A stretch of 64,000 bases of DNA from Candidatus Saccharimonadales bacterium (GCA_035758565.1 DASTXL010000002.1:211118-275117); one strand, 5' to 3'; counted from the first letter of the stretch, positions 18,459-26,254 are shown. Notes: generated from the letters alone by a model not told the origin. A program made the numbers and translations.

Positions 18459-19181
18459 ATGCTTCTCGAAACTTCGTCCCACGCCGAGCACAAAGAACCC
18501 TTTAATCCCGACAAGATTGTAAGTGTTGGCGAAGTCGTGTTAGAGGAGTCGGTTGAAGCGTCTAAAAACCTCTTAGGAGAACTAGATCCTTTAAAAGCTA
18601 CTGCTGAAGCCAGAATGCAGGATCGGCGCCAGTCGCTAGTTAACGATTTAATCCAACAGGGTTTAATAGATGAGAGCTTCAAAAGTAGACTTGAAGCTTT
18701 CAATATAACTGCGAGCAGGGATCGTAAAAAATGTGTAGACTCGTTAGAACATATATTGCTTGGCGATAGACATGGTGGATGTCATCACCTTCGAACAATT
18801 CTAGCCTTAGATGAATCAAGGGGCGCTCGACCCCCAACCTTCTACAGAGGAGTTGGCTCACCTGTTGGGGGCAATAAAGCAAAAAAATTAAGAAAAAAAC
18901 AGACTGTACAACCAAATGGGGCGTATTGGGCATTTCATATTGATATAAATGGGCGTGAAAAAAAGCGGGGCTCAGCCATGTTCCCCGATAACTGGTCGAC
19001 CAAAAAAGTACTCAATTCAATTCTAGAAGTATCAAAAGCAGAGCCAACAAATGATGTTCTAAATGAATCAGTTTGGAAGCACCAAGCAGCAGTCGATGGA
19101 GTGTTGGTTATTGTCAAAACGCGTAAAGCGAACGGAAAGATCATCGCAGCATTCCCCGATCCGTTTTGGAGGCCAAAGTGA
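18459..19181 (+). CDS. EndoU-like RNase toxin domain protein
   Basis: The C-terminal ~140 aa carry HILLGDRHGGCHHL ... GSAMFPDNWSTKKVLNSILEVSKA ... NGKIIAAFP, the layout of bacterial EndoU nuclease toxin domains. No signal peptide. Confidence 0.65.
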   Translation: MLLETSSHAEHKEPFNPDKIVSVGEVVLEESVEASKNLLGELDPLKATAEARMQDRRQSLVNDLIQQGLIDESFKSRLEAFNITASRDRKKCVDSLEHILLGDRHGGCHHLRTILALDESRGARPPTFYRGVGSPVGGNKAKKLRKKQTVQPNGAYWAFHIDINGREKKRGSAMFPDNWSTKKVLNSILEVSKAEPTNDVLNESVWKHQAAVDGVLVIVKTRKANGKIIAAFPDPFWRPK

Positions 19182-20581
19182 GCGATTACGAAAGAACTGC
19201 TGCTCCAGACCCAGAGCTAGAAGAGGGTCTAAGAATTGCAGAAGAAATAATACAAGAAAATGTAGGCCAAATTTACCATAACGATCCATCTAAGTTAGCT
19301 GGCGAACTTGATCAAGTAATCAGAGGTGAGCACGGCGAAGGATTCATTATCGAGGATGAAGGCGAGCTAAGATCTTTAAGTGTGGGCAAGGACCAGACGA
19401 CAATAAGGGACGAGACCGGCCCCGAAACTCAATTTTATAATGTTCCAAGCGTTTCCCTCTCTAGCCTTGTGCATCAGATTACGCATGATTCACAGGAAAG
19501 TCGTAAGCCTGGCTTTAACGAGCTCCAAGCAGTGTCTGAAAACGAAAAACCGCTTGAGGCTGTCCGAGTAGATAATAGAGTGACGTGGGTTAATCCAGAC
19601 TTTAACCACCCCTTCAATCTTCATGTAGATGAACCAACACCACTAGGCGTAATGGTTAAACCGCACATTTCGGATTTGGAAAAGGACACTACTGTGCTGG
19701 GACTTTTTAATCACAGACGTAGTGTCTTATTGGAAAGGGTTCAATTTACGGATAAGCAAGGAGTGGTCTACAGAGACATTGACTCGAAAGGCTCTGGCTT
19801 TGTGCTGCCTGTCGATGGGGTGTTGAAGGGCCATGGAACAAACACATGGGAAGTCACCCGCGGCAGAGGTCTATTAAATTTAGATAAAGCCGAAAGAGAT
19901 TTACAAAATGGAGAGGCTTTCTACAAGGCTGGCATAAGAACCGTAAGAACGCTAGCAATTGTTGAGTTAAATGAACTACTTGATGACGAAGGAAATAAAA
20001 TTACTCCTAATGAAGCAAAATCACGAGGTTTAATAGATGACCGATTTTCTCCTGTGCTTGAACTGAGGGCGTTCGGTACAAGAGCCCGGATGAGAGACCT
20101 TCTGTTTGACTCAGACGGTGAAGGGCTAATTAAGGATGCGATATCACTAGTAGCCGCAGAAATTGGGGTTGAGCCCGATGAATTTAGCCCCGAAGACTAC
20201 CTAATCTGGTTTGCCAAAACGCTTGGGGAGAATATGAGAAAGATACATGAGTTAGGCTATGTGCATGGGTCTTTGCACGAAGGCAATGTTACCCTGGACT
20301 GCAGATTGGTTGATTTCGATGGTGTGAGAAGTTTATCAGGTGGTGATGATGACACAAAAGCTAAATACTTTTATGCTGAATCAAAAGCATCGCACATAGT
20401 TTGGGATGCTCTCAGAGAATCAGTTGCAACAGCCTTTCCAAATATAGGTAGTTCATATGCTAAGACTGGAGTCAAAGACGAATTGCACGAGAGCATTGAG
20501 AACGCTTTCGAGCAAGGTTATGGTGGGGGGAGAGACCAGTTATTAGATAGGTACATATACGGCGAAGATTGGAACGACTAA
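19178..20581 (+). CDS. Kinase-fold (Kdo/WaaP/APH-like) protein with Ser replacing the catalytic Asp; partner of the EndoU gene
   Basis: GGAGG lies 5 nt before GTG 19178, which overlaps the upstream stop (GTGA). YRDIDSKGSGF ... IHELGYVHGSLHEGNVTLDCRLVDFDG, compared with the HGDLHxxN...DF motif. The CDS is confident; the function is tentative. Confidence 0.55.
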   Translation: MSDYERTAAPDPELEEGLRIAEEIIQENVGQIYHNDPSKLAGELDQVIRGEHGEGFIIEDEGELRSLSVGKDQTTIRDETGPETQFYNVPSVSLSSLVHQITHDSQESRKPGFNELQAVSENEKPLEAVRVDNRVTWVNPDFNHPFNLHVDEPTPLGVMVKPHISDLEKDTTVLGLFNHRRSVLLERVQFTDKQGVVYRDIDSKGSGFVLPVDGVLKGHGTNTWEVTRGRGLLNLDKAERDLQNGEAFYKAGIRTVRTLAIVELNELLDDEGNKITPNEAKSRGLIDDRFSPVLELRAFGTRARMRDLLFDSDGEGLIKDAISLVAAEIGVEPDEFSPEDYLIWFAKTLGENMRKIHELGYVHGSLHEGNVTLDCRLVDFDGVRSLSGGDDDTKAKYFYAESKASHIVWDALRESVATAFPNIGSSYAKTGVKDELHESIENAFEQGYGGGRDQLLDRYIYGEDWND

Positions 20582-20627
20582 GCCCTGAAAAACTTAAAAT
20601 AAGCACTTCTTTCAAAATGCTTATGCT

Positions 20628-20643
20628 TGGCTCCGGGGACTGG
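20628..20643. repeat. 16-bp perfect copy of the tRNA-Asn 3' end (att-like)
   Basis: TGGCTCCGGGGACTGG is identical to 20803-20818. Confidence 0.85.
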
Positions 20644-20769
20644 GTGACGCTTCGCTACTATCGTCGTCGCATGCTCGATGCAGGCATCTGCGCGTGCTCC
20701 TAGCTATCGCACCAGCGACTATCGCCAGCAAGCTGTCTAGTCGCTGAACCAAATCAGCCCAGAATAATA

Positions 20770-20794
20770 CAAAAACAGCCCACGAAGTGGACTG
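20770..20794 (-). terminator. Terminator downstream of tRNA-Asn
   Basis: Minus-strand CAGUCCAC-UUC-GUGGGCUG (8 bp including one G:U) followed by UUUUU. Confidence 0.6.
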
Positions 20795-20802
20795 CTTTTG
20801 TA

Positions 20803-20877
20803 TGGCTCCGGGGACTGGATTCGAACCAGCGACCTAGTGGTTAACAGCCACCCGCTCTACCGCTGAGCTACCCCGGA
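20803..20877 (-). tRNA. tRNA-Asn (anticodon GTT), CCA encoded
   Basis: Reverse complement TCCGGGGTAGCTCAGCGGTAGAGCGGGTGGCTGTTAACCACTAGGTCGCTGGTTCGAATCCAGTCCCCGGAGCCA folds as a 75-nt cloverleaf. Anticodon loop is CTGTTAA. Confidence 0.92.
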
Positions 20878-20880
20878 ATA

Positions 20881-21115
20881 AATTGTTTTATGAACTCTCG
20901 CCCTTGATGACTCTTGAGCTGCTTTTCTCTCTTTAGAGCTTCAGAACGAGTGGCAACAGACTCTTTGTAAATCAGTTTCCATTCACCCTGAAACTTAGCG
21001 TTAAAATGGTCACCCACCTTACGATTATTGCTTCCAGACGCCTACTTAAGTCTTCGGTTTGACCAACGTACGTTTTACGACTTTGGAGATTATAAATTGC
21101 GTAAACTACATACAC
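20881..21115 (-). pseudogene. GIY-YIG nuclease family gene (COG2827-like), apparently frameshifted by 1 nt
   Basis: From GTG 21115: VYVVYAIYNLQSRKTYVGQTEDLSRRLEA. After a frame slip near 21021-21033: NNRKVGDHFNAKFQGEWKLIYKESVATRSEALKREKQLKSHQGREFIKQL. Adding one base restores RRLEAHNRKVG. There is no stop before the tRNA. Confidence 0.55.
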
Positions 21116-21124
21116 AATTCAATT

Positions 21125-21164
21125 TTAACAGCCACCCGTCCGGCAGCTGCCGGACTACCCCGGA
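21125..21164 (-). other. tRNA-Asn 5'-half copy with the D-arm replaced by a 16-nt perfect palindrome
   Basis: TCCGGGGTAG + TCCGGCAGCTGCCGGA + CGGGTGGCTGTTAA. The flanking parts are identical to tRNA positions 1-10 and 26-38. Confidence 0.6.
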
Positions 21165-21167
21165 CCG

Positions 21168-21251
21168 TTAATGAGACAAACCTTACGGTTTTTCTCATCG
21201 CCCAGTCGGCAAAGCCGACCCTTGCGGGCAAGCTGGGCTGCTCTTTTCCCT
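21168..21251 (-). repeat. Left copy of an inverted structured module (sense on the minus strand)
   Basis: The reverse complement contains AGGGAAAAGAGCAGCCC ... GCGATGAG-AAAAACC-GTAA-GGTTTGT-CTCAT, matching 22541-22620. Confidence 0.55.
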
Positions 21252-21312
21252 TTAATCAAGAACGGAAAATAACAGATTGATTATAGCCGGCCACCACTGT
21301 TTGGTCAACGAT

Positions 21313-22377
21313 TTAAGCTTGACTTAGGCGCGGGGTACTTCTGCTGTAGTGAATGATGGAGCTGCTGGCGCCCAGATCAATAATTTGATTTCCGAGTTCC
21401 GCGACCTGGTCCATCATGTTTTCTACTTGCCAGAGCATAAAGCGGGACTTTTCTTCACGGTTGAGTCCCTTTGCCGGTTTTTGAATAGGCATAAATGTTC
21501 CAGCCAGAATCTCGTCGTTTACAATCGCTATAGGTAAACCAACGCCGGCAAAACCAATTAGCCTAGCGGCGTTTTCATCTATTGGATCCATTTGGCCGCT
21601 AATTATGTTGCCGCTATCATCCCGCACCAAAGTGGTGCGATTGCCGCTAGCGAAGACTCTTATTTTGCCGCCGCGCAGTGCTTCGGCAATCGGTCGGGCA
21701 CCTTTGTTGTTTATATATCTGGCGATTTCTTGATAGTCAGTTTCGTTGAGCCCGGCGAGCTTTAAAATAGTCGGCACGCTTTTGGTCCACGGCGCCACGT
21801 AGGCCACCTCACCAAATGGCGCGAGTGTTTCCGGCACCGGCGCTTCGTAGATTGTTTCGAAAGCCAACGTTTTGCTGACTACTTCGCCAACGGCGTCGAG
21901 GTATTTGGGTCCATATGCTGCAATTAGCGATGAACGCAACAAACCAGTCGTCCGCGGAACATCCGTAAGACCGTTGTCTAGGTGACCAAGTAACGGCGCT
22001 ACGCCTATGCCATGGCTTAAGTAGTCTTGATCCAGTACTTCCAAATAGCTACGTCCGCTGTTGTCCGGGTAGGGTCGGTCAAGCGAGGTTAAAAACCTCT
22101 GAGCTTTTTCGGGGTCTTTAAAGCTGAAAGCGACGCGCATTCGAATATCCTCGGCAAAATCCTCCAGACTTTCTCCTGCCTCGGGCATGGCGGCAGGGGT
22201 AATCGGTACGTCTGGATCTTGAGCTGTGTGGTGTTCTAAGACGCCGGCTTCGGCGATCTCGTTATCATGCTTTTTTGCCCAAACAGAAAAGAACAATTCA
22301 ATATTAGCCTTAATACGAGCTTGTTGCTCATCTTCGCTCGCTAATTCTCTTGGTGTAATATGCTCGGCTCTGGCCAT
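21313..22377 (-). CDS. Hypothetical 354-aa protein flanked by the inverted modules
   Basis: Long ORF with ordinary composition. No motif I can assign. Confidence 0.65.
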   Translation of the reverse strand: MARAEHITPRELASEDEQQARIKANIELFFSVWAKKHDNEIAEAGVLEHHTAQDPDVPITPAAMPEAGESLEDFAEDIRMRVAFSFKDPEKAQRFLTSLDRPYPDNSGRSYLEVLDQDYLSHGIGVAPLLGHLDNGLTDVPRTTGLLRSSLIAAYGPKYLDAVGEVVSKTLAFETIYEAPVPETLAPFGEVAYVAPWTKSVPTILKLAGLNETDYQEIARYINNKGARPIAEALRGGKIRVFASGNRTTLVRDDSGNIISGQMDPIDENAARLIGFAGVGLPIAIVNDEILAGTFMPIQKPAKGLNREEKSRFMLWQVENMMDQVAELGNQIIDLGASSSIIHYSRSTPRLSQA

Positions 22378-22540
22378 GACTCGGTAGGCGAATTATATCA
22401 AGACAATCAACTAGTGAAAATGAAAAAACTACTACGAAACTGCCTAGACAATGGGTGTATTATAAAGTTATTAACAAACAAGAGCTGGAAGCTAGTGAGA
22501 ATCTAGCACTGTGCCGCAACGGTAATCAGCTTGTTGCTCT

Positions 22541-22620
22541 AGGGAAAAAGAGCAGCCCGAGTCGGCGGATTTATTCCGCGACCCGGCGCGATGAGGAAAA
22601 ACCGCATGGTTTGTCCTCAT
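22541..22620 (+). repeat. Right copy of the inverted structured module (sense on the plus strand)
   Basis: AGGGAAAAAGAGCAGCCC ... GCGATGAGGAAAAACC-GCAT-GGTTTGTCCTCAT, a 13-bp hairpin with one mismatch. Confidence 0.55.
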
Positions 22621-22697
22621 AAGGCGAAGCCGTAAGTCCGATACAGCTAGAAAAGACTCCCGAGCAGGAGCACTAAAACGCTTAACTTGTTAAGCAA

Positions 22698-24287
22698 TTG
22701 AAAACCCCTGCAACTCCGGGAACAGGGGTTTTTAATTTGAGCGAAAGTTTTCCATCCGCGATAGCTACAGAAAGTCGAGTTGCTCCGTCATCGGATTTAA
22801 TTCTGGAGCCTGCTGAGCTTGATGAATATTCGACTGGCAGCAAGATAGAAGGAATGACACAGGCGGAAGTAGATGCCGCCGCAGCAGAGCTAGAATCTGC
22901 TTTGTCTATTGTGGTTGAGTATGCTAATGAAATCGTTGTTTGCGAACGTCTGGGTGGCGCCGAGATGACTCTTGGTGCGGCCGTAAATGCTATTTGGCCC
23001 CCCGAAGCTACTGGTGCCATGATTAAGGAAGGCGTAGGCTCGGTTAGAGCAGAAATTGAAAGAATGTTAGCGACGGCAAAAGAGACTCAAGAAGAAAAGC
23101 TGGAGGAAGTTGGGGTCGAAGAGGAACTGGAAGAGGCTGTTGAAGAGGCAAGAGCGAACATAGTTGAAGACAAGAAGCAGAAAAATGATATTCAAGAATC
23201 AAAAGCCAAACCAGAGTTGGTGGCTATTGAAAACGAGAAGACTCAAGAGGCCCAAAATTTAGCCGAGCTAGAAGCAGAAGTTAACCAGCCAGGGCAAATC
23301 GAAGAAGTAGCTGCAATAGACGGATCCAAACCGACGCCGCCGGCAAACCAAAAAAATACGGACAAAGCTGCCCGTGACGCTGTGCAACCAGAAGCCTTTA
23401 CTGCCGAACTAAAGACTACTCACGCAAATCAAGAAGCGGCAGAAGAGCCTGTGGTAACAGGCAATTTAAATTCCACGGTGGAGCCTGCTGTCGTTGAGCA
23501 CGAAGCGGCAAAAAAGATTGATCAAGCTCTAGAATCTCAGAAAACTAGATCAGATCCGGAAATTCTTGCGCCAGAGGTCGACCTGCAGATAAATCTGGAA
23601 GCAGAAATCGAAGCCGACCAAGCAGAAGTCTACAAGTTTGCCAGTTTTATAGAAGGCGAAGAGGTCTGGATCGAGCACTTTGGTGAACCAGAAGACGAAC
23701 GGATTGAGGATCCAATACTGGTGGCTGAAGATGGCGTATTCGAATTCGAAAAGCTACAGGAAAACTTTTTAAGCATGGAGGTAGAGGTGCGAACCGAACG
23801 GCCCGAGCAGCTTGTTGAGACAGCTGCCATGATCGAAGCAGTCCAAGAGCCATTTACGCAGCTGGTAGAAAAAATTGAATCGAGCGAACCGGAAGAAATA
23901 GAAATAGCCAACGAAATCATAAATAAAATTATCGAAGTGCCTATCAGACTCGAGTCTCAAACAGAAGAGCTTATCAGTGAAGAGCAAGCCGAAGCCGAAC
24001 TAATCGAGCTATATGAGGAATTATTTGAGTATATGCAGATTGAATATACGCCCGAGCTGGTTGAAGCTTTGGTAAAGCTCACTCTCAAGTGGAACTTAAT
24101 AGATGAAATCAAAAAAACCAAAAAAGAAGAGGGTGATGAGCTGCGGGCTCAAGACGGCACGCACGAAATTATCAAGAAAATTATTGTCATGTTAAGCAAG
24201 ATTAAAAAAGCTATCATGCATGCCGGCCGCATTGGTAGATCCGCTATGCGGCTATATTTCTTTGGCTTTTCGGCTCAGCCCGCTTAA
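22698..24287 (+). CDS. Highly acidic Glu-rich protein with basic amphipathic C-terminal tail (hypothetical); true start probably downstream (TTG 22737 or ATG 22854)
   Basis: 529-aa track ORF. Its first 12 codons lie inside the terminator hairpin. Confidence 0.6.
   Translation: MKTPATPGTGVFNLSESFPSAIATESRVAPSSDLILEPAELDEYSTGSKIEGMTQAEVDAAAAELESALSIVVEYANEIVVCERLGGAEMTLGAAVNAIWPPEATGAMIKEGVGSVRAEIERMLATAKETQEEKLEEVGVEEELEEAVEEARANIVEDKKQKNDIQESKAKPELVAIENEKTQEAQNLAELEAEVNQPGQIEEVAAIDGSKPTPPANQKNTDKAARDAVQPEAFTAELKTTHANQEAAEEPVVTGNLNSTVEPAVVEHEAAKKIDQALESQKTRSDPEILAPEVDLQINLEAEIEADQAEVYKFASFIEGEEVWIEHFGEPEDERIEDPILVAEDGVFEFEKLQENFLSMEVEVRTERPEQLVETAAMIEAVQEPFTQLVEKIESSEPEEIEIANEIINKIIEVPIRLESQTEELISEEQAEAELIELYEELFEYMQIEYTPELVEALVKLTLKWNLIDEIKKTKKEEGDELRAQDGTHEIIKKIIVMLSKIKKAIMHAGRIGRSAMRLYFFGFSAQPA
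22705..22733 (+). terminator. Rho-independent terminator ending the intergenic RNA/leader
   Basis: CCCCTG-N12-CAGGGG followed by TTTTT. Confidence 0.6.
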
Positions 24288-26041
24288 GACTTGGATTTTG
24301 TTAGGGCGGCCATGCTTTCGACAATCGTGTGGCCGATTTTTTGATGTTCGATTGCTTCTTCATCCAATATGCCGAACTGGTCTTCTAGGTATTTAAGGTG
24401 TTCGTCGCGGAACTTTTTAAAGGCCGTTTTCTTTAGGCCGGATTTTTTAACGAAAGCACCGATTTGTTCGCCGCCGATAAAGTGCGGCAAAATTACGTAG
24501 CTGGCGCCGTGGCGGTAAAGTTCGGCTGCTTGCTGGGCGCTATCTGCCTGGGCGATCACCACGGCATCCGACTCTTTGGAGCTTAAGAAATTTAATAATT
24601 GCTTGGTCGTCTCAAAGTCGGTGATTGTCGAAACTACTAGTTTAGCCTTATCGACACCGGCTTCTTCGAGTAGCTCCATGTCGGTTGCATCGCCGTATAG
24701 GTGGTTAATCTTTCGTTGCTCAAGAGTGTCAATTACCTCTGGATCGTAATCTATGACTACGAAATTCTTGCTGATTTGCTTAAAAACACGCACAAATTCG
24801 TGGCCGCCCTTTTGGTAGCCAAGCAACACCAGCTCGTAGTTGGCTTGGACTCGTGGCTCGGCATTGGTTTTGCGGCGTTCGAACAAATCCAAATGTACTT
24901 CTAAATTGGCAAAAAGCTTGTCACTGAAAGTTACCAAGTAGGACGAGACAGCAATAGAAATTAGGGTAATAAGCGTGATAGTCGAAGCCAGGTCGCTATT
25001 GATCAAGCCGCGGTTACGCCCAAGCACGATCAATACAATCGAGAACTCGCTGACTTGAGCTAGCGCTACCGACGCCTTAAAACTAGTGCGCTTGGTGTAG
25101 CCAAGCAGGCCAAGTCCGGCCATAGCCACCAATGGTTTTACGATCACGGCCACAGTTACCGAGGCTATCACTAGGCCAAGCATGGCGCTGAAGTCATAAA
25201 AGGTAAGTCCGGCGCCCAAAGTTATGAAGAAGACGATCAAGAAGAAATCGCGCAACGGTCTGAGTCGCGAGCTTATTTCTTGAGCATAAGGCTGGCTGGC
25301 TAAGCAAATTCCGGCCAGCAGGGCGCCAATCTCACTAGACAGGCCAGCCTTGGCAAACAGGCTGGCGCCGCCCAGTCCGCAGGCAATAGCGAACAAAAAT
25401 AAAAACTCTTGGTTATTTGAGATGGTTTTTTGCAACGATGGCAAAATCATCGATGTAAACCAATACATAGCAAGGGCTATTAGGGCGCCCTTGACGGTCA
25501 ATGCCAGCACCGAGCTGATGGCTAAATTCTGATCGCTGCCGCCACTAGTAATAACCACCAGAGCAATAGCTACGAGGTCTTGAACCAGCGAAATACTAAT
25601 GGCAATTTTGCCGTACAGGCGGCTTTGTTCTTTTTTGTCGGTTAAAAGTTTCAAGATGATAATGGTACTAGAAAAAGCGAGTGACGCGCCCAAAAAAGCC
25701 GCCGGCGTGCTAGATAAGCCAAAGCCCAGGCCGATCAGCCAGCCAAGCACGGTAATAATTGCCACCTGGCTAAGGCCCACAACGGTAGCGGTGTGGCCAA
25801 CCTCCCTAATAACTCGCGGATTAAGTCCAAGACCAATGATAAAGAGCAGTAAGGCAACGCCAATATCAGAAAAAACTTGGAAGGTTTGTTGATCTTTGGT
25901 GAGATGTAAAACAGCCGGGCCTACAATAACTCCCGTTAGAATGTAGGCGATGATTAGCGGCTGGCGGATTGCTCGCATAGCGAGCGCCATCAAGGTGCCG
26001 ATGACTAAGATTAGGCTTAATCCTGAAAAAATATTATCCAC
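24284..26041 (-). CDS. Cation:proton antiporter (CPA2/Kef-type) with C-terminal TrkA-N/RCK domain
   Basis: About 12 TM Na_H_exchanger-like N-terminal part, then a Rossmann-like VLLGYQKGGHEFVRVF segment. Confidence 0.85.
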   Translation of the reverse strand: MDNIFSGLSLILVIGTLMALAMRAIRQPLIIAYILTGVIVGPAVLHLTKDQQTFQVFSDIGVALLLFIIGLGLNPRVIREVGHTATVVGLSQVAIITVLGWLIGLGFGLSSTPAAFLGASLAFSSTIIILKLLTDKKEQSRLYGKIAISISLVQDLVAIALVVITSGGSDQNLAISSVLALTVKGALIALAMYWFTSMILPSLQKTISNNQEFLFLFAIACGLGGASLFAKAGLSSEIGALLAGICLASQPYAQEISSRLRPLRDFFLIVFFITLGAGLTFYDFSAMLGLVIASVTVAVIVKPLVAMAGLGLLGYTKRTSFKASVALAQVSEFSIVLIVLGRNRGLINSDLASTITLITLISIAVSSYLVTFSDKLFANLEVHLDLFERRKTNAEPRVQANYELVLLGYQKGGHEFVRVFKQISKNFVVIDYDPEVIDTLEQRKINHLYGDATDMELLEEAGVDKAKLVVSTITDFETTKQLLNFLSSKESDAVVIAQADSAQQAAELYRHGASYVILPHFIGGEQIGAFVKKSGLKKTAFKKFRDEHLKYLEDQFGILDEEAIEHQKIGHTIVESMAALTKSKS

Positions 26042-26254
26042 TGCAACCTCGCGCCGCGTTGGCCTGCTTTACGGCCAAGCCGTAAACTCTGCCAACGCTC
26101 TTGGAACTCTGCTGCGTTAGTCGCTGTGGTACTCCCTCAAAGTATTGAATATACATTTCGGTCCGTGCCTCGCGACTGCCTAGCATAGTTCTCAAGCGCG
26201 AGGATTGCGGGCTACTTTTCATCCTCTCTATTTTACCTTAAAAATGCTTAAGTT

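Noticed and set aside
22454-22733. The intergenic structured RNA might be RNase P RNA, SRP RNA, 6S RNA or tmRNA.
   Set aside because: The hallmark sequences are absent: GAGGAAAGUCC and ACAGAA..CGGCUUA for RNase P, GGAA-tetraloop plus AGCAGC helix 8 geometry for SRP, and a tRNA-like domain for tmRNA. AGCAGCCC alone is insufficient.
26034-26222. 62-aa minus-strand ORF overlapping the start of the CPA2 antiporter gene by 8 nt, possibly an upstream coupled small gene.
   Set aside because: The only purine-rich tract abuts the ATG with no spacing, and the product has no features. Evidence is insufficient to call it.
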